A stretch of 64,000 nucleotides of DNA from an uncultured candidate division Zixibacteria bacterium (lineage in GTDB: Bacteria > Zixibacteria > MSB-5A5 > GN15 > FEB-12), in NCBI GenBank assembly GCA_963664195.1, contig OY760907.1:224001-288000 (forward strand), given 5' to 3'. Shown in pieces: positions 48,462-57,795 of this stretch. Under the pieces are notes generated by a model. It saw only the letters and a program-made list of their open reading frames with translations. It did not search any database and had not been told where the DNA came from. Each line of letters begins with the position of its first letter. The first letter of the stretch is position 1. Position numbers and translations under genes: made by a program.

Positions 48462-49772
48462 TTATCTACTTCCCAACATCAGTCGAAAGATCGTGAGGGC
48501 ACCTTCTACTCCGATGAATAACCCAAGATAGTTGTCAATGTCTTCTCCCTTCAAGGATCGGAAGTCTTCGGCGAATTGCATCTCTCTCCTCAGAACAGGT
48601 CCGTTGGGTTGGCCTCGTCGGTGAAACTGAAGGTATTCGATGCCCGAATCCACTGCAACGGAATCATCACCTTCATCATCGATATACTGGATGAAGTAGT
48701 TTCGGCCACTCTGTGAACGGACCAAGATATACACATCGAATTGCGTACAGTCCCGTAAGTAGTCCATGCAAATGAACCTGATCTTCCTGAAGTACTTCTC
48801 CTTGAAACCGATCACTCTGAAGGCACTATTGCCTATTGATCGCAAGCTCACAACTCTGGCGACGTCCATTACATTGGACTCACTTACACTTATCTCGCCA
48901 TTGGCATAATCCGAGTGGTAAGTCCTGAGTCCAAATGCTTCCTGGTGAACTGCGTCAAGCCTCACGACACCAACGGGAAAGTCACTGTAGGAGAAAAGAA
49001 ACCGCGCGTTGGACAAGTACTCAGGAGTACTCATCAGGAAGGTGACAAGTATCTCCTGGCGAGATGCCCCCTCGATTCGAGATAGTCCGACGCTATGATG
49101 AACAACCTCATACAGAACGGGATTTCTCCCTAGTACTTGGGAATAGGCGGCGTCAACAGTATCTCGAATGCCGTCATCGTCAAGAACACGTGTGAACTCA
49201 TCCATCGACTGAAAACCAAGAATCGATAACTGCCTTTGGATACGCGCCCCTTCATCCGCCGTCACACTGTCTTGATAACGTTCCTGTAGGGCTGATGATA
49301 TTCGACCTGGAGTATAACGAGTCTGCAGTTGAGAGTAATTGTCATATTCAAGGGGAAAGTACTTGATGAATACATCGTCGCTCTTGGTGATCATCTCATA
49401 TATCTGCTGGGGTCGCAATACTTGGCACTCGATACCCTGAGTGGTCAGATCTCTCAATTTTGTGGCAAGCGGCTCCGAAATCCTTGAAGTAACAGCCAAG
49501 ACGAAGCCTTCTGCTCCAAAGCGTCGCACCGTATCGCTGATATCCTGAACATGGCCGGCGTTTACTGTATTTGCATATCTCTTGCACTGCACTATGTATA
49601 TGTCACGGCCGAAATCGGAGATCGTCTCCGGTGTTCTCTCAATCACAAGGTCTCGCCCCCCGTCAGGTCCCTCACCCGCGTGAAACGTAACAGCCCATTG
49701 TTCCTTGGTGAACAGGTCATCCATCAGATCTTCGAATCCATCCGAAGCGAGATTGTTCAAGTCAATTAGCAT
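48462..49772 (-). CDS. Mrr-like (PD-(D/E)xK) restriction endonuclease domain fused to an unknown C-terminal region
   Basis: FEDLMDDLF, GPDGGRDLVI, IVQCKRY, FVLAVTS. Start taken at MLIDL (49772). Confidence 0.8.
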   Translation of the reverse strand: MLIDLNNLASDGFEDLMDDLFTKEQWAVTFHAGEGPDGGRDLVIERTPETISDFGRDIYIVQCKRYANTVNAGHVQDISDTVRRFGAEGFVLAVTSRISEPLATKLRDLTTQGIECQVLRPQQIYEMITKSDDVFIKYFPLEYDNYSQLQTRYTPGRISSALQERYQDSVTADEGARIQRQLSILGFQSMDEFTRVLDDDGIRDTVDAAYSQVLGRNPVLYEVVHHSVGLSRIEGASRQEILVTFLMSTPEYLSNARFLFSYSDFPVGVVRLDAVHQEAFGLRTYHSDYANGEISVSESNVMDVARVVSLRSIGNSAFRVIGFKEKYFRKIRFICMDYLRDCTQFDVYILVRSQSGRNYFIQYIDDEGDDSVAVDSGIEYLQFHRRGQPNGPVLRREMQFAEDFRSLKGEDIDNYLGLFIGVEGALTIFRLMLGSR

Positions 49773-49880
49773 TGAAGACTCCAACGTCTTAGTACGCGGC
49801 CGAAGCCACTCCAACTTCTTTTGGGCGAATCTCCAGCGAGAAGACTCGCGGTTTCGAGAGAAGACGTATCCTCAATATCT

Positions 49881-50930
49881 TCAGTTCTCAAGCCGCATCA
49901 GGAAAGCAAACCAACCGCTTCTGTCGCCGTAGTAATCCCAAGTGGTTTTGGCTACCGAGGCAGCGGACGGGATCAGTCCGAATCCTGGAATCATCGACGT
50001 CAACCCCATTCCAACGTCTATGGCCAACTGCTTTGGCGTCGGGTAACTCTCCCTCAGTTCAGCAAACAACGCACGGACGATTTTGTCATCAAGCAAGCTC
50101 GCGACTCTTTCCGCGTCCAACAGAATGTCTGGGGCCGCATGGATTCCGGAGACCAAGTTGCTCAGAAATCGCCGAAGCTCAATCCATAACCTGCTATCGC
50201 GGAGACTCAGTATGTCTGCCATCGAATGGCCGGAAAGGTCAGGTACAACCAGTGACATCAGTCTCTTGAACGCCAGTTCCTCCAGTTTCGGCGAGAATTG
50301 GAGGCCCGAGTCTCCCGCGCACTTCAGTTTCAGGATATCTGCATGCCGGGGATCCAGCACAACCGCGGATCGCAACAGAGTAGAGGTTATCAGGTCCTCG
50401 TTGAGGTTCCCCAGGAACAGGTCGCGAATCTGCTTGACGGCGTGAGCCGAAGACAGCTTCCTTCGGTCTTCCCGTGTCTGATCTCTGATCGCGTCCTTGG
50501 CTTCTTTCGGAAACTTGTTCCTGTCCAAGTTGATCCGTCTAATGAAATCGCATTCATCCTCGCCAATCGATCCAAGAAGCTCATGATAATCAATCTTGTA
50601 TCTGGCCACTGTCGGACCCTGAATGATGGACTGTATCCGACTGCCACCGTGCATTTGCAGACCCACCTGGAGATCGCCGGGTTTGATGTCTCTCTCGTAT
50701 TCGATGCCCCGGTGTTCATCAGGGAGAGTCCCGGACGGATAATGAGAGCAAAAGTTGCCATCCTCTGTGATCTCCGCAATATACGTCCCATCTTCAATCA
50801 GAATTTCATCATAAAGCAGAATGGCGTGTTTCAGTCGTTCCTCAATGGATTGACGCAGATCAGCACACTGAAACCACTCTACGTTGGATTTGAGTGGAAA
50901 GAAAACTGTACTCATCGAATCTTCTGACAT
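49881..50930 (-). CDS. Hypothetical protein (DUF6236-like) with a C-terminal hydrophobic hairpin
   Basis: LKHAILLYDEILI, VPDLSGHSMADILSLR, LAIDVGMGLTSMIPGFGLIP; family call tentative. Confidence 0.55.
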   Translation of the reverse strand: MSEDSMSTVFFPLKSNVEWFQCADLRQSIEERLKHAILLYDEILIEDGTYIAEITEDGNFCSHYPSGTLPDEHRGIEYERDIKPGDLQVGLQMHGGSRIQSIIQGPTVARYKIDYHELLGSIGEDECDFIRRINLDRNKFPKEAKDAIRDQTREDRRKLSSAHAVKQIRDLFLGNLNEDLITSTLLRSAVVLDPRHADILKLKCAGDSGLQFSPKLEELAFKRLMSLVVPDLSGHSMADILSLRDSRLWIELRRFLSNLVSGIHAAPDILLDAERVASLLDDKIVRALFAELRESYPTPKQLAIDVGMGLTSMIPGFGLIPSAASVAKTTWDYYGDRSGWFAFLMRLEN

Positions 50931-50995
50931 GATCACCTCAACTACAATCTCTTCTATGATCACCCTCTGCTAGCCGGAGCCCGAGTCTCCTGTCG

Positions 50996-51060
50996 TCCGG
51001 TAGTAGTCCCGGAAAGTGTCCGGTGACAGTCCAATGCGGCTCCCGGTACGTGTTCGGGAG
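50996..51060. repeat. Second array of 6 degenerate CCGG(T/A) repeats with 11-12 bp period
   Basis: Cores start at 50997, 51009, 51020, 51031, 51043, 51054. Confidence 0.6.
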
Positions 51061-51357
51061 TCGACCGCCACGTGAGCTTCCCGGCGTGCGGGGAGATCTA
51101 CCCTTTGGTATCAGCCCGACAATTGCAGACAGTCTTTGCCAAGCTGGGTCCCTGGGCCCGTTCTCTGTTGTTCAAACTTGATCATCGATGTCGAGTACGA
51201 TTGCGCACAGACTCCCCCGCAATATCGCGGATATGTGACCATTATAACCTATTGACCGGACCGGTGTCAAGCAGTAACTTGTGCCATACAAGCACGTTAC
51301 GAGGATACGCGCCACTTCGTGGGCCGTATTTATTCACGATGTGACGGACCAACAGCT

Positions 51358-52194
51358 ATGACCAGAACTGAAGTAACCAAAGACGAACTGGATTTCTTTG
51401 TCTCCTTCTTCCGCCAGAGCATGGAAGAGTTCGAAACCGCAGTCGACCTGCGCGAGGAGATCAGGAGTCTGATGAATGGGGAGGCGTTTCGCAAGGCCTA
51501 CTCTGAACTTGGGCACCCTTTATACTTCGACAACTACCGACCGGTGCGCGCATCGGATATCAAAGAACCGATGTGGACCGTGAACATCTTGGAAACACTC
51601 GAAATCCACAGGTTGCTGACAGAGGCGCTTCACGACAACAACGCAGGCCTCTGGGAAGAGTTGAAGTCAGATGTAGTTGCAGATGTGCTTGTCCATTTGA
51701 GACACAATGTGTCCTATCTCTGCGTTGTCATGCACAACCTTGACATTCCCGACCTAATCGAGACGGCACGGCGTGCAGGACGAATGGAGGACAAACGCAA
51801 GGCATTGCTGCGACTCGTAGAACTGGACAACAACTTCCTGAGAGCTCCTTTCGCCGGGCGAATCCTGGCCAGGACAGATATTGAGAGTGAGCGCGACTTT
51901 CGAATAGCTCTCTCCAAATCCCTGGCCCCCAAACACCTCGCAAGTCTTCTGAAGAAGCACAGACAAAAGAGAGCTCTGGAGATCCTACTGGCGTTTGGCT
52001 ACAAAGATCGATCCTACAGTACTTGGACCGCATTCTTCAAGCACTACAATTCCGTATTGAAAGACATGGGAGAAGCGGATAAGGGATTCTACAGCTACGA
52101 GAATTCCGATACGATCAGACGAGCCATCAAGTCCTTTAGAATACCGAAAAAGAACCTCAAAGGAGGTCGGCTGCCGGGTCACTCGAAGTCCTGA
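51358..52194 (+). CDS. Hypothetical helical protein of the island core
   Basis: Long open frame, ATG at 51358, basic C-terminus; no recognised family. Confidence 0.65.
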   Translation: MTRTEVTKDELDFFVSFFRQSMEEFETAVDLREEIRSLMNGEAFRKAYSELGHPLYFDNYRPVRASDIKEPMWTVNILETLEIHRLLTEALHDNNAGLWEELKSDVVADVLVHLRHNVSYLCVVMHNLDIPDLIETARRAGRMEDKRKALLRLVELDNNFLRAPFAGRILARTDIESERDFRIALSKSLAPKHLASLLKKHRQKRALEILLAFGYKDRSYSTWTAFFKHYNSVLKDMGEADKGFYSYENSDTIRRAIKSFRIPKKNLKGGRLPGHSKS

Positions 52195-52412
52195 TCCCTC
52201 TTCTCCGGAAATACCGGAAGAAACGCACCCCTCGATTTCTCCACTATTCACACTGCTAGAATCCGCACTAGTTGCGGGCATGAGCAATCAGAATCTACAA
52301 ACCGACGATTCCAGAATCCGTGATAACGGACTCCTGGATACTATCGCGTCGATTCTGGCGGCTGAGAAAATGAAAGAAATTGAAGCTGAAACTGAAATAC
52401 AAGAGAACCCCC

Positions 52413-52679
52413 ATGCAAAGAACAACATTCCCCCAGGACAGCTACGAGACCGAGAAGCTGACCTTCGCAGCCTACCTGCTTGCCGCTGAGAAATCCGAGC
52501 TGTTAGGTGTGCGACCTGTCGGCAGAGGCAAGGCTGTTGCCTTCGTCCTCTCGCAGTCCCCGTCAACCGACGACGTAACAGCGTTTTTCAGTGGGGCCGG
52601 AGCAGTCTCCGCTCTCCGCTACGCAGAGACAATCAACACACTCAAGAGCGTAGCTCACGAGGTGCATAGATGTCGCTAA
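52413..52679 (+). CDS. Small DUF5659-like protein
   Basis: YETEKLTFAAYLLA..LLGV..VAFVL..AFF..V.ALRY..LKS pattern; overlaps the next start. Confidence 0.55.
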   Translation: MQRTTFPQDSYETEKLTFAAYLLAAEKSELLGVRPVGRGKAVAFVLSQSPSTDDVTAFFSGAGAVSALRYAETINTLKSVAHEVHRCR

Positions 52680-54169
52680 TCACCAAGATCGCAGAGAAGT
52701 TCCGGTGCAGAAGTGACCAGCCGGACGTTGAGTCCACAACAAAAGAACCGACGTCGCCTCCAAAGCCGAGCAAGCGGCAATCCACACCTCACCGATCCGA
52801 CAAAAACAAGCCCAGTCAGTCACGTCAGAAATTCACGGCCTACTATGACGGCCTAGTGGACATAGTGGAGGAGGATGGTCAGCCTCTGTTCCTAGTCTGT
52901 GAGAATGGTCAGTTGCGAGTCGAAGAAGAAGTTGTACTGAAGGGCAAAACGCTCAAACCTCCGCCAATTGATCGCACACCTTTTCCTCTCTCCAGCGCTC
53001 AGCAAGTCGTCCAAGCATTTGAGGAAAGGCAGGACAGTTCCCCCGAAGCTACTGATAGCAGGCTATTTGAGGACGTAAGAACATACCTACACGGTTTGTC
53101 AGAGCTGCCATCAGAAGAACACTACGACCTCTGTGCTGCGTGGATAATGCACACCTATCGAATCGAGCAAGTACAGTTCTCTCCCATCATGTGGCTCTTT
53201 GGAGTTCCAGAGCGTGGCAAAACCCGCACCGGCAAGGGAATGGTGGTGGCGTCGTTTCGCGGGTTGCATGTGGAGTGCCTCAACCAAGCATACTTCCTGA
53301 GAGTGGCCCAGGATTGCCGAGGTGCCTTGTTCATCGATGCCATGGACGCCTGGAAGCGAGCTGAGAAAGCTGAGTCAGCTGACATTCTCTTACTTCGTTT
53401 TGACAAGGGGGCACTGGTCCCCAGAGTGACGTGTCCTGAGAAGGGCCCTTTCGAAGACACGCAATACTTCAACATATTCGGCCCGACAATCCTTGGAACG
53501 AACCGAGGAGTCGATCCTACTTTGGAATCGCGGTCAATTCGGATCATAATGCCAGAATCGACAAGGCTATTCGACAACTTCGTGACACCTGAAGCTGCCA
53601 ATGAACTTCGCGTTCAGCTTCTCGCCTACCGGGCGCAATACTTAAGCTACCCACTGCCTGTCATAGAGAAACCGTTCACAGGGCGCTTTGGCGACATCGT
53701 CAGGCCCATATGCCAGATTGTCCTGGAAGCCGCCCCCGACCGAATGCCGTCGCTTATGACGCTCTTGGAACGCATTCGGAAGGAGCGCCTTGCATCGAAG
53801 TCCGAGAGTTTCGAGGCATCTGTTCTAGAAGCCATCGTGGCCCTGGCCGACGAGACCGTAAACGGCACACTTCCGGTCAAGCGGATAACCGAACAGGCAA
53901 ACACGGAGCGCCCTGAGTCTAGAAAGCTAACGCCTCAGAGAATAGGCAAGGTAGTGAAGTCAATGGGACTGCAAACAAGGCGGGCCGCCCAGAACGGCGC
54001 ATCGGTGTTGGTCTGGGAGGAGGAAAAGCTTCAGAGGCTGCTCGTTAAGTACGGTCTGGACGAAACCTCAGTAAGATCAGAAAGCTCAGTCAGCGACGAA
54101 TCTAGCGCTGACCTTACTGAGGTTACTGAGGTTACTGAGCCTCCTGCAACCATTGACCTTCCGTTCTAG
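52670..54169 (+). CDS. P-loop NTPase, replication/primase-associated protein (DUF3631-like) with C-terminal wHTH
   Basis: AWIMHTY, Walker A GVPERGKT, ALFID, LESRSIRI, LTPQRIGKVVKSMG. Confidence 0.7.
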   Translation: MSLITKIAEKFRCRSDQPDVESTTKEPTSPPKPSKRQSTPHRSDKNKPSQSRQKFTAYYDGLVDIVEEDGQPLFLVCENGQLRVEEEVVLKGKTLKPPPIDRTPFPLSSAQQVVQAFEERQDSSPEATDSRLFEDVRTYLHGLSELPSEEHYDLCAAWIMHTYRIEQVQFSPIMWLFGVPERGKTRTGKGMVVASFRGLHVECLNQAYFLRVAQDCRGALFIDAMDAWKRAEKAESADILLLRFDKGALVPRVTCPEKGPFEDTQYFNIFGPTILGTNRGVDPTLESRSIRIIMPESTRLFDNFVTPEAANELRVQLLAYRAQYLSYPLPVIEKPFTGRFGDIVRPICQIVLEAAPDRMPSLMTLLERIRKERLASKSESFEASVLEAIVALADETVNGTLPVKRITEQANTERPESRKLTPQRIGKVVKSMGLQTRRAAQNGASVLVWEEEKLQRLLVKYGLDETSVRSESSVSDESSADLTEVTEVTEPPATIDLPF

Positions 54170-54187
54170 AGAGGCTATATTCACTTC

Positions 54188-55840
54188 ATGCGATATGCGA
54201 TTTATGCCCGTGTCAGTACCGACATGCAAAGCGAGCATTCGACCGACGATCAAATCAGACAGTGCAAGCAGTTCGTTGAACACAGGGGCGGGTTTGTCTC
54301 AGCGGTCTACTGCGACGAGGCCGTTTCCGGAAGTGACGTTTCAAGGTCTGAATACCAGCGGCTCAAAGCAGGAGCCCTTTCCGGAGCGTTTGAGGCAATT
54401 GTAGTAGATGATCTTTCCCGAATAGGTCGAGATATGCCCGAGTTCGTCGGGCTCTGTCGGGATCTCGCGGATTGCGGCATCACGCTCATCGGCGTTGCTG
54501 ACGGCATCGACACATCCAACCCATCTGCCAAGATCCCCCTGTATATCAAAGGCATGATGAACGAGCTGTATTTGGATGATCTGAAGGCACGTATCGTCAG
54601 AGGACTCAAAGGGCAGTTTCTGAGGGGATACTCGACAGGTGGCAGAGTGTATGGGTACAAGACGAAACAGATTCTGGACCCGAGCGGAGCACTGGACAAG
54701 TTCAACCGCCCCAAGCGGCTTGGATGCGAAATACTCATCGACACCGATCAAGCTTACGTAGTCCGTCGCATATTTGAACTGAGAGCGTCAGGTCTCGGAT
54801 TCAAGGCCATCGCGAAGGCGCTGAACTCTGACAAGATTCCCTCCCCTCATGCTGGCTGCGGTTCACGACGTGGGTTTTGGTCTCCGAGCACTATTCGGAA
54901 CATGCTTCAGAACCGGAAGTACACCGGTCTTTGGGAGTACAACAAAACGCGCTGGATCAAAAAGAGCGTATCCAGCAAGCGCCGGTCACTGCCCAATCCC
55001 CCTGAAATGTGGGAGCGATTGGAATCAGAAGAGCTTCGGATCATATCGGATGGTCTCTATCACGCCGCGAATCGAATACCGACGAAGAAGCAGAAACGGT
55101 CGTCCGGGAACAAGAAGTACCTCTTATCGGGGTTACTGATCTGCGCCGAGTGCGGTGCGACATTTGACGTGGTAAATTCTGGTCGATATTCCTGCTATAT
55201 GTGTAGGACCGCAAGAACGCAGGGGGCCAATGCTTGTAGCAGCAAGCGTCGACTGTCGAGGCAAGTCATTGAGGAGAACCTGATCTCCAACGTCGTTTCA
55301 GAGCTGGCAGATCCAGAAGTCGTGAAGACACTATGCAGTATGGTCAACGAGAAACTGACAAGCAATACGGGTATGAGTCAGTCTCGCATTCAGTCTCTGA
55401 AGGAGCAGGACAAGACTCTTCAGGTGCAAATCGAGCGACTCCTTGACAGCCTGGAGAATGGAGCCGAGTTACCCTCTATCCGGAGTCGTTTGGCACAGCG
55501 AGAGTCCGAAAGAGCCGGGATCGAGGCCGAGCTAGCAATGGCTGCTAGCGTTCCGGCCAACCCAATCGAGGTCTCCGAAGAGTGGCTCCAGGGCAAGCTC
55601 AGGAGCTTCGCCTCGTGCGTCACACGGCAAGAAGACAAGATACCTATACTGAGAAACGAGTTGCGCCGCCTCTTTCCCGAGAAGCTGAGAGTGTCCATTG
55701 ATCGTCAGTCTGAAGGTGGTCAAATCAAGGTGAGTGGAAGGATGAGCCCCTTGCCAATTCTAGTTCCCCCCGATCAGTACCAAAGTATAATAGCGGAGCA
55801 GGGACTTGAACCCCGGACACGTCTGGAAGCACTTCCGTAA
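54188..55840 (+). CDS. Large serine recombinase (integrase)
   Basis: YAIYARVST catalytic motif, DDLSRIGR, YGYK recombinase domain, YLLSGLLICAECG zinc ribbon, coiled coil; the C-terminus reads through the right att site. Confidence 0.96.
   Translation: MRYAIYARVSTDMQSEHSTDDQIRQCKQFVEHRGGFVSAVYCDEAVSGSDVSRSEYQRLKAGALSGAFEAIVVDDLSRIGRDMPEFVGLCRDLADCGITLIGVADGIDTSNPSAKIPLYIKGMMNELYLDDLKARIVRGLKGQFLRGYSTGGRVYGYKTKQILDPSGALDKFNRPKRLGCEILIDTDQAYVVRRIFELRASGLGFKAIAKALNSDKIPSPHAGCGSRRGFWSPSTIRNMLQNRKYTGLWEYNKTRWIKKSVSSKRRSLPNPPEMWERLESEELRIISDGLYHAANRIPTKKQKRSSGNKKYLLSGLLICAECGATFDVVNSGRYSCYMCRTARTQGANACSSKRRLSRQVIEENLISNVVSELADPEVVKTLCSMVNEKLTSNTGMSQSRIQSLKEQDKTLQVQIERLLDSLENGAELPSIRSRLAQRESERAGIEAELAMAASVPANPIEVSEEWLQGKLRSFASCVTRQEDKIPILRNELRRLFPEKLRVSIDRQSEGGQIKVSGRMSPLPILVPPDQYQSIIAEQGLEPRTRLEALP
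55789..55821 (-). repeat. Right att site: 3' fragment of a tRNA-Met(CAU)-like gene
   Basis: Reverse complement CGTGTCCGGGGTTCAAGTCCCTGCTCCGCTA gives variable loop, T-arm and acceptor strand; no 5' half adjacent. Confidence 0.8.
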
Positions 55841-56220
55841 CGTTTTGAGAATCAGGGAGTTACGTCATAACGCGAAGGTTCACAACGACTTGACGTTTTT
55901 GCATTCTTGTGTCTCGTTTTGCTTCGATTGGGCTGATTTGGCGCCCAGTTGTCACAAATCGGTCACAAGACCACGGACAAGCAACTCGCCTGCTTGCTGG
56001 TATTCCTGTTGGTCATCGCTTCGCCAGCATCTCCACCAAAATAGTGGTATCGGTGCAGAATCCGGCATCGCATTGTCGAATCTACTTCAATTCACAGAGC
56101 GTCCCCAGACAGGCCCGAGTGAACCGAGAGCCACCACTCAGGCCGACCATCCGATCAAGGAGAACCGTTTTCCGACAACTCCATGATGCGCCAGAAGGTT
56201 AGGTATCGGCCCAGAAAGAA

Positions 56221-56684
56221 GCGGAGAGGCAGGGATTCGCCGAGCAGTGTTTTGGCCATGTTCTTGTGCCACGCGGAAACACACGCAATCGTCTGATTTG
56301 TATAAGCTTAGATGCATCTAGTTACGTGCACTTTGTTCAACTCACTTCGACTTTCTTGCACTTGATTGTTAGAAAATCGTTAGAAAGCCAAGCCTCTCAG
56401 CGCGGCGACTTCCGGCGCCATTTCGTCATTTTCGACACGTTTTTGAAGAAAACAGTAGGATCACTACACCCGACAACTCTACTGCCTCGCCCCTGAAAGC
56501 GTTTTGGGGCAACTGGTGGAGGAGACTCGCTGGTGGCCAGCGGTAGGTCACCAAACACCTGTACCTACCAGAGACCCGAAGCACAACTCGGAACACAGAC
56601 CAACTCGGCCCTATTCGTTCGAAGCCTGTCAGACCATCGGCGAACAATGTGGAAGAAACATGGCGGAGAGGTAGGGATTCGCCG
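56221..56684 (-). repeat. Two tRNA-Ser-like 3' fragments (att scars) at 56221-56242 and 56661-56684
   Basis: GCGGAGAGG(C/T)AGGGATTCGCCG direct repeat; reverse complement CGAATCCCTxCCTCTCCGC(CA). Confidence 0.65.
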
Positions 56685-57315
56685 CATGGCGGTTCTGTAA
56701 AGGCATTGCACACAACGCATTACGGCGCACCTACAAGAACCGCAACGATTTGATTCTTTTGTATTCTTTTGCCTCGTGTTGGCTCGATTGGGCTGATTTG
56801 ACGCCCTATGGTCACAAAACGGTCACAACTCCGACGTCAAGCGGTCCTCCAACACTCTCTTCCGACTGACTGCCTCCGAATCGCGAGTTGCGCCCAAGTG
56901 AGTCTGATGGCTGAGTTGCGTCACAGGCCCGAGCCTGCATGAAGCACGCGGCCGCTACCGATGTAACCCCCGGGAGACCCGAGAAAAGCCTCGAGCCACC
57001 CGGATTGATTGTTGCCAAGACGTTGCCTATCTTCGACATTTTCAGATCGCCCACGGGCTTGGATACTCGGAACAAGACCATGGACTTCCAAGGCTACCTT
57101 GAAACATCCGGTCCTTCGTTAGAATGACTCGGCTTTCTCGTCCCGGTGAAGCGAGCCAATAAGCCACCAGCCACTCCAAGACTCGACAAGTTTGGCGCAC
57201 TCGTTGTCGCTAAGATCCGGCCGGTCATACCCCCGAAGATATGGTACATGACCGGCTCGCTCATGCACTTGAGGCAGGGGCAGACGAGGCCGTCTGCCGC
57301 CCACGGAACCCGACG

Positions 57316-57795
57316 TTACTGTGCCTCCCCTTCCAAGTGGGAGAGCAGTAGGCTGTTGTAACCCCTTGCGTAATTTCTGGAGAATGTATTATGATAGGCA
57401 TCGTCCCCCATGACCTCGAAGTTATCCGACGTTCCGGCGATTACCTTGACACCGTTGCTCTCGCTGTAGAGCTCGTCATAATCCGGCACGCCAGGCACTT
57501 CAAGCGCATAGCCCCAAACTCCCACAAACCTGTTGTCCCCGCTTTCGATGGCGCGCCGAAAGTCGTCTCGAAAGTCGGCCGAATCCGACACAATTATCTC
57601 AGTTATCTCATTTGACATGGTCTGAGCCTCGACCTCTACTCTATCACTCTTGATCTCATCAGCTTGATTCCCATCGGTGCAACCAACTACCAACACCGTC
57701 AGAAACATCGTAACCAAGAGCGTAGCTAGGAAGACAACATACTCCAATGGATCTAGAACCTTAGGCTCGCTTGAGTCAGAAAGAAGAGTCATCAA
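57316..57795 (-). CDS. Putative immunity lipoprotein for the orphan Rhs toxin
   Basis: Overlaps the toxin stop; LVVGC lipobox; true start may be 57708. Confidence 0.6.
   Translation of the reverse strand: MMTLLSDSSEPKVLDPLEYVVFLATLLVTMFLTVLVVGCTDGNQADEIKSDRVEVEAQTMSNEITEIIVSDSADFRDDFRRAIESGDNRFVGVWGYALEVPGVPDYDELYSESNGVKVIAGTSDNFEVMGDDAYHNTFSRNYARGYNSLLLSHLEGEAQ

Larger units (their letters stand above)
41982..55812. mobile_element. Integrative element / genomic island (~13.8 kb) with a large serine recombinase, inserted at a tRNA-Met-like 3' end
   Basis: 24-bp direct repeat AATAGCGGAGCAGGGACTTGAACC at 41982-42005 and 55789-55812; recombinase at the right end; cargo visibly more AT-rich than the backbone. 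Confidence 0.88.

Noticed and set aside
55789..55821. Functional tRNA gene
   Set aside because: Only the T-arm and 3' acceptor strand are present; no anticodon or D arm
56812..57304. Short minus-strand ORFs at the end of the Rhs array
   Set aside because: No clear RBS or motifs; probably decayed cassette fragments
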